The translations under genes and the position numbers were made by a program. Shown piece by piece: positions 11,784 through 25,060 of a stretch of DNA of 64,000 bases (its first letter is position 1; every line of letters begins with the position of its first letter). Origin of the DNA: Chrysomallon squamiferum (taxonomy: Eukaryota > Animalia > Mollusca). The notes under the pieces were generated by a model. It was not told where the DNA came from, searched no databases, and was given only the letters and a program-made list of their open reading frames with translations. Location: positions 15,500,001 to 15,564,000 of the forward strand of contig CM022672.1 in assembly GCA_012295275.1 (NCBI GenBank), given 5' to 3'.

Positions 11784-14280
11784 CCAGTGTCTTCAGAGAT
11801 ACACTTTAAATTAATGAATTATAGAAAATATAAAAATGTATTATTATTTTAATCTGGACTGTTGTGCCTTTTTGTACAAGACTGACAAAAGACAGGATTT
11901 GTTTCATATTTGATATGTTTAAGTTTTTAATTGTCTCTTTAGCTTTTTTTTTTCTTTGTGTATTTTGATTTTTGTGCTTATTTTAAATAATAATATTTGT
12001 AATAATATTCTAACAGTTCATTAAAGTGATTTTTTTTTTGATTTTTTTTTTCTAAATTATTATTAGTAATTTGTAATGAATGTGAATCTGAATTAGTGAT
12101 GATTTTTCTTGTACTCAGCAATTTATTACTGTTTCATTTATTAGACACCGTACAAAAGAAAAAAATAAACAAATATAGATCTAAAACAATTGGGTGGTTA
12201 GCATTTTTTTCTTTTCAACAATTTAATGGTGTAAGTTGTTTTAAATTTGACTTTTAAAGTATGTGAAATATTTGTAGTAAAAATTAATAAATAAATAAAA
12301 TTATTATTGGTTTATTTTAAAATATATATATATATATATTTTTTTTTTTCCCCAAAATAATTGAAAAAGTATAAAACTAGGTGAATCAATTTTATGTTTG
12401 GTTATCGGCAAATAATTATAAATACAATATAATATTCCTGACACTAAGACATTTAATTATGGTTAAAATTACAGCAATCCACCAACATACAAGAAAAGTC
12501 CAGTGATAGGTAAAATACTGAAATGTATATTTTTTTTCATGTGAAGCTATTTCATCATTACTAATAAAATTACAAGTAAAAACTTATTTACTTAAATAGC
12601 AAAAATATTGCTAATAATATGGATAAAACTTTTAGGTAATTACTGTATGTTTCATATTAAAAAATGTTTATCTTTATTATTTGTTTTAAAGGAATTGAAT
12701 TTTAAAAACACTTTCTGAGAACATTTTGTGAAGTTTGAAAATAAATGAAATTTCATTAATTAATTTTATGATTTGAAATAGCCCAAAAATTCTTTATCAT
12801 ATATGCATGTATTATATATTCCAGTGACAAAAACCTTTAACCATTAGAGATTTTTTTAATGAGAGAAGAATCTTTTTTTTTTTTTTTTTTTTAATAGAAT
12901 GGAAAATATATCATAAAAATATCTTGGAAGGAAAACAAAAAATTATTTCTAAAAACTGTAATAACCACTGCCATGAAAGAAATCATCAAACTCATATTGT
13001 TGCTAGTAGGATGTTGTTATTGTTGTAAGCATTTCATAATTGAGTAATGTAGATGTGTTTCCCACATAATATAAATGTTATATATTCTTCATGTACATTA
13101 TTTTTTGTTGATTATTTATCAGTGAATCATTGTGAGAAAATTGAACATCATATTTATAGTTTTTTATATTTGTATTTAAAATATTATTCAACTTGTTGTT
13201 AACATTAACAGCAGTTTTCAGATAATAAAGTTATTTCTTTCTTTCTTTCTTGTAAAGAAGGATCTGCAGTTTGTTCTTAGGTCTGAAACAAATATTTCAT
13301 AATTTAAAACATTTATTTACTTTCTTCTAATTCATTAAGTTTAAAGATCAAATTGCATTTTTGTATCATGTATTTCCATTAAACATCAGTCCTTTGAATC
13401 TCTTTTTATTGCCAGAAAACAGTGTTTTTAACCTAAAGGTTTATGAAATCTTTACTCTAAAACAAAGGATTTTTTAAATTTATTTTTATTTTTATTTGTA
13501 TTTTTTATTTTTTTTTTATTATTATTATATATACATTTTTTTAATTTATTATTTTTTATTATTATTATTATTATTTAGTTGTTTATTTTATTTTTTATTA
13601 TTTACTTTTTTTTTTTTTATTTATTTAGTTGTTTTTAATGGGGGTTTTCTGTAACACTTACACACTCTTACACTGAAAAGAATATAAAATAATTTTAAAA
13701 CACTCAAAATACCTTTAGAATGTTTGTTTGGAGACTTAACTTAGGTTATTATATTATTTTTTTTATATGGTTCTTTTTTTTCAGTTTATAAAAAGCAACA
13801 ATGCCAAGTTATTCTTTTGTGGCTTCCTTAGCAGTTCACTTCAATACAGAGCTGCCTTATATAACAATTAACTTAGCCTAATTTCACTTAATAAACCTGT
13901 CTTACAAATACATGTCAGTATTTGGTTCTGTTTTTTTTTTTTTTTTTTTTTTTTTTAATAACAATAAATAAAATTAATATTGCTGTTTATTGATTTGTTC
14001 TTGCTTTGTAAATATTGAATGTATCACATTATTCAGGAAAAATAAAAAGGTTTTAAAATATTTGTTTTCTTCAAAAAAAATATTAATATCCCATTTGAAT
14101 TATTGCAGATTATTGTAGACTACCTCAACCAGTTTAGATTGTGGCAACCTCATTCTTTTTTCAGAATTTGATTTGATTTGATTTGATTTGATTTGATTAT
14201 TATTTTATTTTTTTATTTTTAAGCAGATTTCTATTTTATTTTTTTTATTTCATTACATTTATATAATTATATTATATTAC

Positions 14281-14315
<35 letters not shown>

Positions 14316-14951
14316 CTAATTAATAACAATAACTTTATTATTATATTATTTATTTTTATTATTTTTATTTTTAAAAAACATTTCCAATAAATACAGATAT
14401 ATCATGAAAGATGTATAACAAAAATCAACTTCCAACATGTATTCTCCATTTTTACATGTTTTAATATTATATTAAAACTCGTTTGTTTGCTACTGGATGT
14501 ATGAAGAACAGTGCAAGTTAGTTCTTTTGATTTGCTATCGTTGCCAAACTGCTAGGATTGTTTTCCTAATTCTACCAATATGGCACAGCAAATGGCATTG
14601 AATTGCATTTGTATATATCCTTAAACTAGAGCTGGTTGTTCTGAGTTGTTTTTATTTTTTATTTATATAACAATTACATTGAGTATCCAGTTATTTCTTT
14701 TATCCTGCAGTCATAAATAATATTAAAGAAACTTAATGAAATTAGCTGTTTTATTTCTCAACTGATTGCACTGAAGAGCAGAATGGTTTTGATGTCACCT
14801 GCAAAAACTACACATCAAAACAAAATTGTTCTTAAGTGACATTTTATTTCTTATTTTTTAAATGAAAACTGCTTCAAAATGGCCTTTTACGAACTAAACC
14901 AGTAATTAAGCATTAAAGAAGTAACTTTACACAATAAATGCATACATACAT

Positions 14952-15505
14952 ATATGGTACCTTGACTTTAATTCATTCTGTGACTCAATTTGCTCATCTT
15001 ATCAAATCAATTTTCCCAACTGAAATTAAGTGATTTACCATTATTCCATTCCAGCCATCCAAAAACCACACCTTTTTTTATTTTTTGTAACTTGTTTTTA
15101 AAAAAATATATGTATTTATAAATGACAAATATTATATAACAACAAAAGAGAATGTAAAGAAAGAAATATTTTGATGCCTTTGGCTGGAGTTATAGCCTTT
15201 ATCGACTCCTTCAGCTTCAGTATGGTACATATCATAGAAGTACTACACTTGTATTGCCTAGCCAAGTCGACTACATGCACACTTCGCTCATGTTTTTCTA
15301 AGAATTCAAGCTTTAATTCAATGGACATCATCCGCTTCTTCTTCTCAGCATTGTCCTTTGCACTTACTTTCTTAGGATCCATGGTTAGAAAAAAGAAATT
15401 TGGCAAAATACAGCACAAAACACAAACACAACACAACAGAGATGCTTCCATGGTGAGGTAACCACATGAAATAAATGAGTGAGACGCTGGATGCTGGCTG
15501 GATGT
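14952..15505 (-). mobile_element. Tigger/pogo-type DNA transposon fragment (CENP-B-like N-terminal HTH), internally deleted
   Basis: ORF 15116..15451 encodes MDPKKVSAKDNAEKKKRMMSIELKLEFLEKHERSVHVVDLARQYKCSTSMICTILKLKESIK, a typical Tigger psq/CENP-B HTH start. The left end (tggtaccttgact...) resembles a decayed CAGTGGTACCTCG-type terminus. Confidence 0.8.
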
Positions 15506-16960
15506 TGTGTTGAGTTAATAAAACAATCCCTGATGTATTCTTGAGTTAATATAACAATCTGTGGTGCATTGTTCAGTTAATGTATTGTTGAGTTAGTATA
15601 ACAATCCCTGGTGTATTGTTGAGTTAATATAACAATCCCTGGTGTATTGTTGAGTCAAGATAACAATCTCTGGTATATTATTGAGTTAATATAACAATTT
15701 CTGGTGTATTGTTGAGTTAATATAACAATTTCTGGTGTATTGTATTTCTGGTGCTGAGTTGATGTAACAATCCCTAATATTTTATTAAGATAAAAATTTC
15801 TAGTGTAAGGTTAAGCTAATAAAACAACCTTTTCGTGGATTGTTGAGTTAATATATCAATTTCTGCTGCATTCTTGAGTTCATATAACAATCCATTAAGG
15901 GTTGCTGAGTTAAAATCACAATCCCTGATGTTTTGTTGTGTTAATATAACAATTTCTGGTATTTTATTAAGATAAACAATTTCTTGTGTAAGGTTCAGCT
16001 AATAAAACAATTTCTTCTGTATTACTGAGTTAATGTAAAAATCTCTCATATTTTATTAATATAACAATCTCTGATGTATTGTTGAGTTAACATAACAATC
16101 TGTAATGTAGTGTTGAGTTAACATAACAATCTGTAATGTAGTGTTGAGTTAATATAACAATCTGTAAATGACTTAATAAAACAAGTGTTGAGTTAACATA
16201 ACAATCTGTAATGTAGTGTTGAGTTAACATAACAATCTGTAATGTAGTGTTGAGTTAACATAACAATCTGTAATGTAGTGTTGAGTTAATATAACAATCT
16301 GTAATGTAGTGTTGAGTTAACATAACAATCTGTAATGTAGTGTTGAGTTAACATAACAATCTGTAATGTAGTGTTGAGTTAACATAACAATCTGTAATGT
16401 AGTGTTGAGTTAATACAACAATATCTGGGGTATAACTGAGTTAATATGATAATCCCTGGTGTATCGATGAGTTAATATAACAATGTCTGATTTATCACTG
16501 ACTTAATAAATCAATTTTCAGTGTATGGTTGAGTTAATATAACAATCCCTGGTGTATTGAGTTAATATGACAATGTCTGATTTATTGTTGACCTAATATA
16601 ACAATTTTCAGTATGTTGTTGAGGTAATATAACAATCTCTGGTGTAGCATTAAGTTAATATAGCAATATCTGATGGATTACTGAGTTAATATTACAATCC
16701 CTGGTGTAGTGATGAGTTAGCATTACAATCCCTGGTATACTGTTGAGTTCATATAACAATCTCTGGTTCACTGTTGAGTTAATATAACCATCTCCGGTGT
16801 ATTGATGAGTTAATGTAACAATCTCTGGTGTACTGTTCATTTAATATAACAATGTCTGATTTATTGTTGAGTTAACATAACAATGTCTGGTGCATTGTTG
16901 AGGTAATATAACAATTTCTGGTGTTTTGTTAAATTAATATAACATAATCCCTGGTGTATT
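15506..16960. repeat. 31-bp minisatellite (~45 copies)
   Basis: Unit (t)gttgagttaa(t/c)ataacaat + ~11 variable nt; homogeneous core gtgttgagttaacataacaatctgtaatgta at ~16080-16420. Confidence 0.95.
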
Positions 16961-19900
16961 GTATCGTATTTTCATCAGCCCATAACAATGCCTAGATATT
17001 CCAAATGTGTTGGTATTACCCCCACTCAGTAATGAACAGTTTATTAACATAAACATATACATGTGTTGTGATATTTATTCATATTAACAAATTAACAACA
17101 ACAAACACAGTTGATACACATTTTTTTTTTTTTCCCACAGATACATAAAAATTGTATGTTCACTAAAGACATGAGATTTGAAGATTTTGATTTTGTTTTA
17201 AAACTTAAAATCAATAAATTAATACTGTTTGCTGTCCTGAATAATATCACTATTTTGGCAGTAAAAATTAAAATTTAGTTTTAAAAAGTGATTTTTTTTT
17301 TTCTTTATGAATAGTGAGAGGCAGTGATTATCAGTTTTAGAAGAAAAAAAAAAAGAAAACTGCAAAAAACAAAAACATTAATACTGAATGAAAAATTAAT
17401 TATTCCTAGTTCAAAATAAGTCTTTAATTATTTTTTGTTTTTAATGTACGTGTGTGTGTATTTGCTTCTATTTTTAAAAACTAAAATTAGTATTAACTTT
17501 ATTTAATTGAAACATATATAATTAATTTTCTTTACTTATTTACTAACTTTTTTATTATATACATATGTATATATATATTTTTAAAATAATTAAATAATAT
17601 TTCTGAGGAAAATTAACGATCATCATAATTAAATTAGATTTTTTTTTTTTTTTTTAAATAAAACAACAGATAACCAAAACAGTGGAAGACACCATTGTCA
17701 CTAACAAGTTAACATTAAATTGTGATATGCTTCATCAAAGACAACAAAAATACACTCAGTGTGATAATGTGATTGAGAAAACAGTGTTTTAATGTATCTC
17801 AATAACAGTTACTCCCAATATGCTGAATATTTTAAAGATTAAAAAATAACAAGACAAAATGATATAAAGTGTAAACAGGCATCAAAATGATAAATGTGGT
17901 TACAAAAGCAGTCAATGCTTTATAAAAAAAAATCCACAAATATATATAATAATAATTACATAACAATGGATGTATATAAATATTGATTGTAATATTTTGA
18001 TTTCATGCCTTGTTTTTGATTTTGGTAAGCAATGAAAGATAAATACTGCGGGTAATTTGTGTAAATCAGAACAAAATCAACAGATAATTTAATTACAGAC
18101 ACCTGAATTTAAAATAGTAATAAAATAATGCTAAAAAGTTGTTTTTAATTCATACATACATCTGTGTTTCATTTATTAAACAAATTTGAAAACAGTTTGT
18201 CATTTTGATTTATAAAAAATTTATATAAAATTAGTTTTCTTATTCATGCTGAGAAAAAGGAATATTTTATTTAAGTAGTTAAAATAATACTTATATAATA
18301 AAAATTTAAAACATTTTAAATAAGTGTGTGTGTGTGTGTGTGTGTGTGTTGTGGATGTATTATCATATAAAGTGTAAAAACTGTTTCATGTTATCTTCAA
18401 ATTTCAATTTCTAAAATCAGAATAGCAAAAGAATTTTTTTTAAATAATAATAATGATAATAAAAAGTAAAATAATAAACCAACAGAAACTGCTATAAATT
18501 TGGCCACAGAAAAATAAACATGTCCATTTGTATGAACATGAGTTATATGGGTGCCAGTAATACAAAATGAGATAAAAAATATATATATATTTCTTTGTAA
18601 CAGGGTCATCATTAAAATTAAGTCTTCAAAATGTAACAGCATAAATTAAAAACAACAGTGAAAAACAGGACATTACATGAACATTGAAAAAAGAGGGGAA
18701 AAATGGATTTCTGATCATCACAAGTATGTGTGATATATGCTGAGAGAATATTATATTTATAACGAAACCAAGAGAACATTTCCATGTATAAATAAAAAGT
18801 GATTGTCTGATACAAATGATATGATATAACTAGACTACAAATACAGAACAAATGAGAATTAAAAAAGATCACATTATGGCAAAATGTATATATATATATT
18901 TATACATATATGTGTGTGTTTATGTGTGTGTGTGTATCTCATTATGTGTATGTATGCATGTATGTCTGTGTGTATGTGTGTGTGTGCACAGAGTACATAA
19001 CTGCAATGGTACCAGCCATAATATTTAAAATGATTAATTTTTACAAATTAAAATACACATATCAAGAAGACTGGCTTTGTAACTGTATTATCTGTTAAAC
19101 ACAATTGTATTCTTTACTTTTATATTACGCCTAACATGAGAGATTTGTCTGAAGTAAAAGTTATATAAAACAAAAAATCCTGTGATTTAAGAATTATTAT
19201 CTTTAAACAATTGAAATAAAGAAAATTGTGATAAAAGTTCATTTTTCAAAGTTTATTTTGAAAACAAAAAAAAACACAAAAATAAACACCACCAACTAAA
19301 AATGATTGTAGTTTAGAACCAGTTTTGAAAAAATGATTGTAGTTTAGAAACAAATCTAAAAAATATTAACTTAAAATTACGATAGTTTAAAACAATTAAA
19401 ATAATGAAAAAAATTAAGTTTTCAAAATTTCTTCAAAAGCAAAAATTATCTTAAATAAAACCCCATGTTAACTTAAAATTTCTGTAGCTTAAAACTTAAA
19501 ATAACGAAAACAGAGATAAAACTTAAATCTTCAGCCAAAATTAAGTTCAGTTAACAAGTTCAACACAATGAAATAAGTTTTCAAACAAAATCTATTTAAA
19601 AAATATTAATTTAAATGTTTACAAAATTTCTTCTAAAACAAAATGATCTTAAAAAAAAGGAAAGAAAAATGAATATTAAGATAAAATTATTTTAGTTTGA
19701 AGCAGCTGACATAAAAAAACCCCAGTAAGTTATGACATTACAATGCTAACACATAAGGATTATCACCTCATTATTTAAAAACCACTAAAAACATCTGAAT
19801 ATTAGCAACAGCAAATAATGATATGAAGAGATAAACAAAATAATATACAGTATCTACAAACAAGCTCACTAACAGTGACATCTACAACAAAAGAAATTAA

Positions 19901-22615
19901 TTTGGCACGGGGTTAAAAAAATTAAGTAATAAATAAAGTCAGTAATATCCACAAGATTCTATAAGCAATATGCAATTTTGATATAACCTTTTTGTAAACA
20001 TTTAAATGTAAATTTTTCATCCTTATTTTTTTTTTTTTTTTTTAATTTTTTTTATGAAGTGATATTATAAATCATATGTATATACACATTTTCCTTCCTT
20101 TTTTTCATTTCAAATTTTCAGTTTTTAAACAAACCATGTTTTAGCAAATAAGAGTTTAATAATCAGTTATAAAAAGTAACACTGTGTGTTTGTTTGTGTG
20201 TGAGTGTGCTTATAAAATCAGGATTCTAAAGTGGGTTTTGATTTCTGACATAAAATTCTGAGCACCAGCAGAGCAGAATCTAATCATTTCATATTTAAAT
20301 AAAAAAAAATAAAACCAAGAATCAAAATTACTTTCTAATCTCAATATTTCACATTTAAAAAAAAAAAAAAAAAAGTTTGTTATTAATAATTATAATACAT
20401 ATTTGTATATTTTAATTAAGAAAATAAAATAATGCATTTATTCAAAGCATTAATAATCTTGAATTCTATTCTTTTTATTTTTCAATTAGAAATAGTAGTT
20501 GCACTAAATGAAAAAAAAAATAATGTGGAAATCTATAATTTATTATGACTGAAAAACTGAAAAAATAGCAGCTAGTAATATTTGATATTTTTTTTTTATT
20601 CCTTATTAATTGAAATCTGACATCTGTGCTACTGATCAGTGATGTCAAAGAAAAGTATTTAAAATATTTAAAATAGTCATAAAACCAGAAACCTACACTT
20701 AAAGGCATCAAGCTAGATTTAAAACCATGAACCTAGATTTAAAGCCATCAGTCTAGTTTAAATCCAAAACAAGAAGAACTTACCAAGAATTCTGTTAGAA
20801 AAACCAAGCATACATTTAACATGACAAAGAATGTTATTTAAAATGAATCAAACACGGTTTCTTCACTTCCAAATCCAAATTAAGTACTAAACCAAACATC
20901 TTTTTTTTTTATATAAGTGCATTTTAACAAGTTAACAATGTGCACAAAACTGCGACAGTGAAGTTTACACCAATATATCATTGAGATCTGAAACAAGAGT
21001 CACCACCATACTATTATAAGATTTAGTAATATCATATATAAAAACAGTCTGAACCCTCACATCTACCAGGCAAACAGAATCAAACAATAGAAGTTTTCTT
21101 TATGTACAGCCAGAGACAAAAAAACACAAGATAATTTATAAGAATTATGATCATCACAGATTCACAAAGCAGATTAATTAATGTTTGTTCATTACTGATT
21201 TCTAAATGCGGTCTGATCATGCCTCAACTTGGGTTATTGTCTGCCTTTATCTGAGATATTGCACTAGTTATGAACAATTTTGACTTAGCATGTCAGTGGT
21301 TGATTTGTTCTGATGATTTCTACTCAGTAATCTCTTCATCTCGCATGATTTATTTCTGACTTTATGCAGTTTCTAGCTGAAGACTTCACAGTCTCTTTAT
21401 ATCACATAATGTTTTCCTTATGAGTCCACTAACATAACTGCTGGTTTAAGAAGTCATAGACTTTTTATTATACATCAATTCTCACTTCATAATCTTTACT
21501 TCTTACATCTGTTTCTGACTTCACAATTTCAAAATGATTTCTCTATATCAGAAGATATCTTGCTTAAGACTTCAATGACTTCTTTATCTTACACTTTTTG
21601 TTTTTGGCTTCATAACTTTAATTATCTCTTTCAATTTTACATAAATCTTTTCTACTTCTAACTTCATATTCACAGCTCTAATGTTTAAACTTCAAGACTT
21701 TCTTATTTTCAGTTTCATCATCATTTTTTATCTTATTCTTGGTTTCCCTCTGACTTTGCTTTCCAAGACTTCATCTTTGACTTTCTACTTCTTTACTGTT
21801 TATCTCACTGGGTCAACAACAGCAATGTTACCTGACCAATGACAATAATCTAAGTGACCAGTTTACACAGTTTGTAATTTAAAATGTTAATCGGCAATAC
21901 CGGTATGTAAAAAATAATGTAAAATATTTGTTTCAAATTCAAATGCTGAATCATTGGCAAATAAACATAATAAAATCTCATAAAAATATAGTCATTTCAT
22001 CAACCTGCTTTTTCCATTCTAACACAATTCAGTTTTTTGACTTATTACTTACAAACAATACTGGCCTTTTTTGTTTCCTTCTCAACTTTTCAGAAATGTG
22101 ATTAATTTTTTCTCACAACCTTTCAATCACGTTTGCCATGATACCTTGAGCAAAAAAAAAGAATTTCAAATGTCAGTGAAAAATGCAACTTTCCAAATCC
22201 ACCATTTTCTTTTCAAAGTTCATCAATGAAATGATAAGAATTGTATTTTTGAAGAATAATTTTAGCATCAAATTCCTTATCATTACTAAAAACATTTAAC
22301 TTTCAAAATTCTTAAACTTTTTCATAAAAAAAAAAAAATAATAATTTCCAAAATCCCATACTGTATTATAGAAAAGAAAAAAAACAACCTTTAAAAACTT
22401 TCCAAATTATCCTTTTTTTTTTTTTTTTTACAAATATAACTGTTTATCAAAATTCACATGAAAAGGAAAAAATTCCACTCTCTCCATCATCACTGACCAA
22501 CTTTACCATTCATTACAACAATCAGGTCACCGTCATAAATATTTCACTTAAAACCAGCTGGGTAAATGTTTTGTGCTTGCAGTTCAGAACCAGTACATGT
22601 AACAAACATTCACTA

Positions 22616-22835
22616 TCAGCTAACTGTGTTATTTTTAAAAAAACTCAGGCACAAATCATGATCTCGCTTGTCTCCCCATCCACCGTTGGCCTTGGGGTCT
22701 CGCAGTTTGAAGCGGGCCTCTCCTGACACTGTCAGCACATTGGGGAAGAAATACTGCTTGTTTTTGGCTATAAGATCTAGAACTTTCTTCAGCTTTCCAT
22801 CTGGGTTGCAGCTTTTCCCTTTTACATGCATCCCA
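22616..22835 (-). CDS. MGAT2: MGAT2 last coding exon (CGMHVKGKSCNP...NGGWGDKRDHDLCLSFFKNNTVS*)
   Basis: ttcttacAG acceptor; ORF 22616..22951 C-terminal part; NGGWGD.RDH.LC motif. Confidence 0.95.
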
Positions 22836-24006
22836 CTGTAAGAAGAGATAATAATAATAATAATAATAATAATAATTATATTTAAAATTTTATAATGATG
22901 ATGATGATGATAATATATTACTAATAGTAGTAATGATGATGATGATGACAATAAAGATATTAATAATATTTAATAATAGCAACATTGAATATAAAAAAAA
23001 AAAAAAAAAAAAATGAAATGATGATGGTGATGATGGTCTTGATGCTGAGATGATGATTATGATTAATTATATTATATATAATATATATAAATTCTAATAT
23101 AATGAATATACGCACATGATTGTACCTATTATTTTCATCTTCTTTTTACTGAACTACAATTAAATCATGTGTAAGTATGTGTGTTGAGAGTTTGAGTGTG
23201 TACCAGTATGTCTTCTTTCACAAACTATGACTTTTAGTTAAATGCATGCAGTCAATGACAAAATATTTAATATTTTAACTGCCAGGGATGTGTAAAGGAG
23301 TGTTAGTAATAATACATGCTCAGATTATGTTGCCTACATCTGCTAACATTCTGAAAAGAACAAAATATGAATTAAAAACAAATCTTCTTACCATTCACCT
23401 ATATGGAAGACTCTAGAAGCTTTCATCTTTAGCAGTCTGATTTTATTTGGAATACACTTCATACTTAAATGTTGAATTGTCCAATCCCAGTTATAATCAT
23501 CATGCAAACAGAATTGCTGAAAAATAAAAAAAGAAGTAAATAAATAAATAAATAAAAGGATAAATTATCAAACTATTTAATTAATTAATTAATATGTAAA
23601 TAAATAAATAAATTAATTAATTAAATAAATAAGTAAATAAAAAATAAATAAATAATAAAATAAAATAAAATACTATAAAATAAAATAGAATAAAATAAAA
23701 TAAAATAAAATACATAAATAAATAAATACATAAATAAATAAATCTGATTTGTTTTCTGATGTTTGCCTAAATGTGAAGGATATTTCATGCTAAATAAATA
23801 ATTTAAAATAATGAAGAAAATAAATATTATCTACACAAGTAGAGCTAAAAAACTAAAATGTTCAGATAAATCTATATTAGTTAATGCAGTTTATTTTATT
23901 TTTTTATTACTACATTATGTTTTATTAATAATTACTTTTAATAATAATAAAAAAATAATAATAATAGTGATCATGTGTATGTGCATGTGTATGTGTGGTT
24001 ATGTGG

Positions 24007-24038
<32 letters not shown>

Positions 24039-24997
24039 CAGATTTGTTATTACTGTCTTATTTTTAAAATAATAATAATAAACAAACAACAATAATAATT
24101 AAAACAATGAAAGAAAATTGAAATGCAAATGAAACAATTTAGTTAAAAATTATAAAATAAAATAAAATAACAAAGCAAAACAAATAATTATGTATTTAAA
24201 ATGCTTTTCAAATTAATACTGTTATTATTATTAAATGCATGTTTTAATATAAATTTAACGTACTTAAAATGGTATATAAATTATCATATTGTTATTATAC
24301 ATACTTTAACTGCTTGCTTTAATATAAAAATAGTATACTTAAACTGTTGTAAAAATTACTGTTATTATTATGCATACTTTACTAAATTATGTGCCTTTAT
24401 ACAAAAAATAATATTTACAATTCTTTAAAACTTATCATTATAATTAAGCTCACTCAACTACATGTTTTCTCAACTGCCCTTATTATTCTATATTCCTCTC
24501 CAAATAACTAATATCACTACTGTTATTGTTATTTATCAGTTTATTTGTTATTTCTAAACTATCATCAAAACTAGAAAGATGTCTGAAACAGCTACTGTGG
24601 CTAAGATTTCAAAAAGTTTAAAGCAAAAAAAAAAAAAAAAAAAAGAAACAGAAATAAATAAAATATAATAAAAATAAACATTAATTAGTAGGTTTAGTGC
24701 TATACTCATTTAGTCATTTATTAATATTAATAACAATTATAATGTTGGTGATGATAATGATAAAAAAGAAATTGGATGTTTGGTTGTGATCACACAATTA
24801 ATATATCTACGTTTCTCCATAACAGCGTATATAAATCATGGGACTATTTAAATAAACAAATTAGTTAATAAACAAAAATAAAAATAAAAATAAAACAATT
24901 TTAATGACAACATAATCATGTAATAATGGTAACACCAAACAAACAGATAATAATAATAAGAAGAAGAAGAAGAAGAAGAATAACGATAATAATGATA

Positions 24998-25060
<63 letters not shown>

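Noticed and set aside
14120-14127. let-7 8-mer seed match CTACCTCA downstream of ZRANB1
   Set aside because: Single site, no 3' pairing, and it lies beyond the candidate poly(A) signals; chance cannot be excluded.
15506-16960. CRISPR-like look (palindromic constant part plus variable spacer)
   Set aside because: Variable parts are only ~11 nt and related to each other, there are no cas genes, and the context is eukaryotic; it is a minisatellite.
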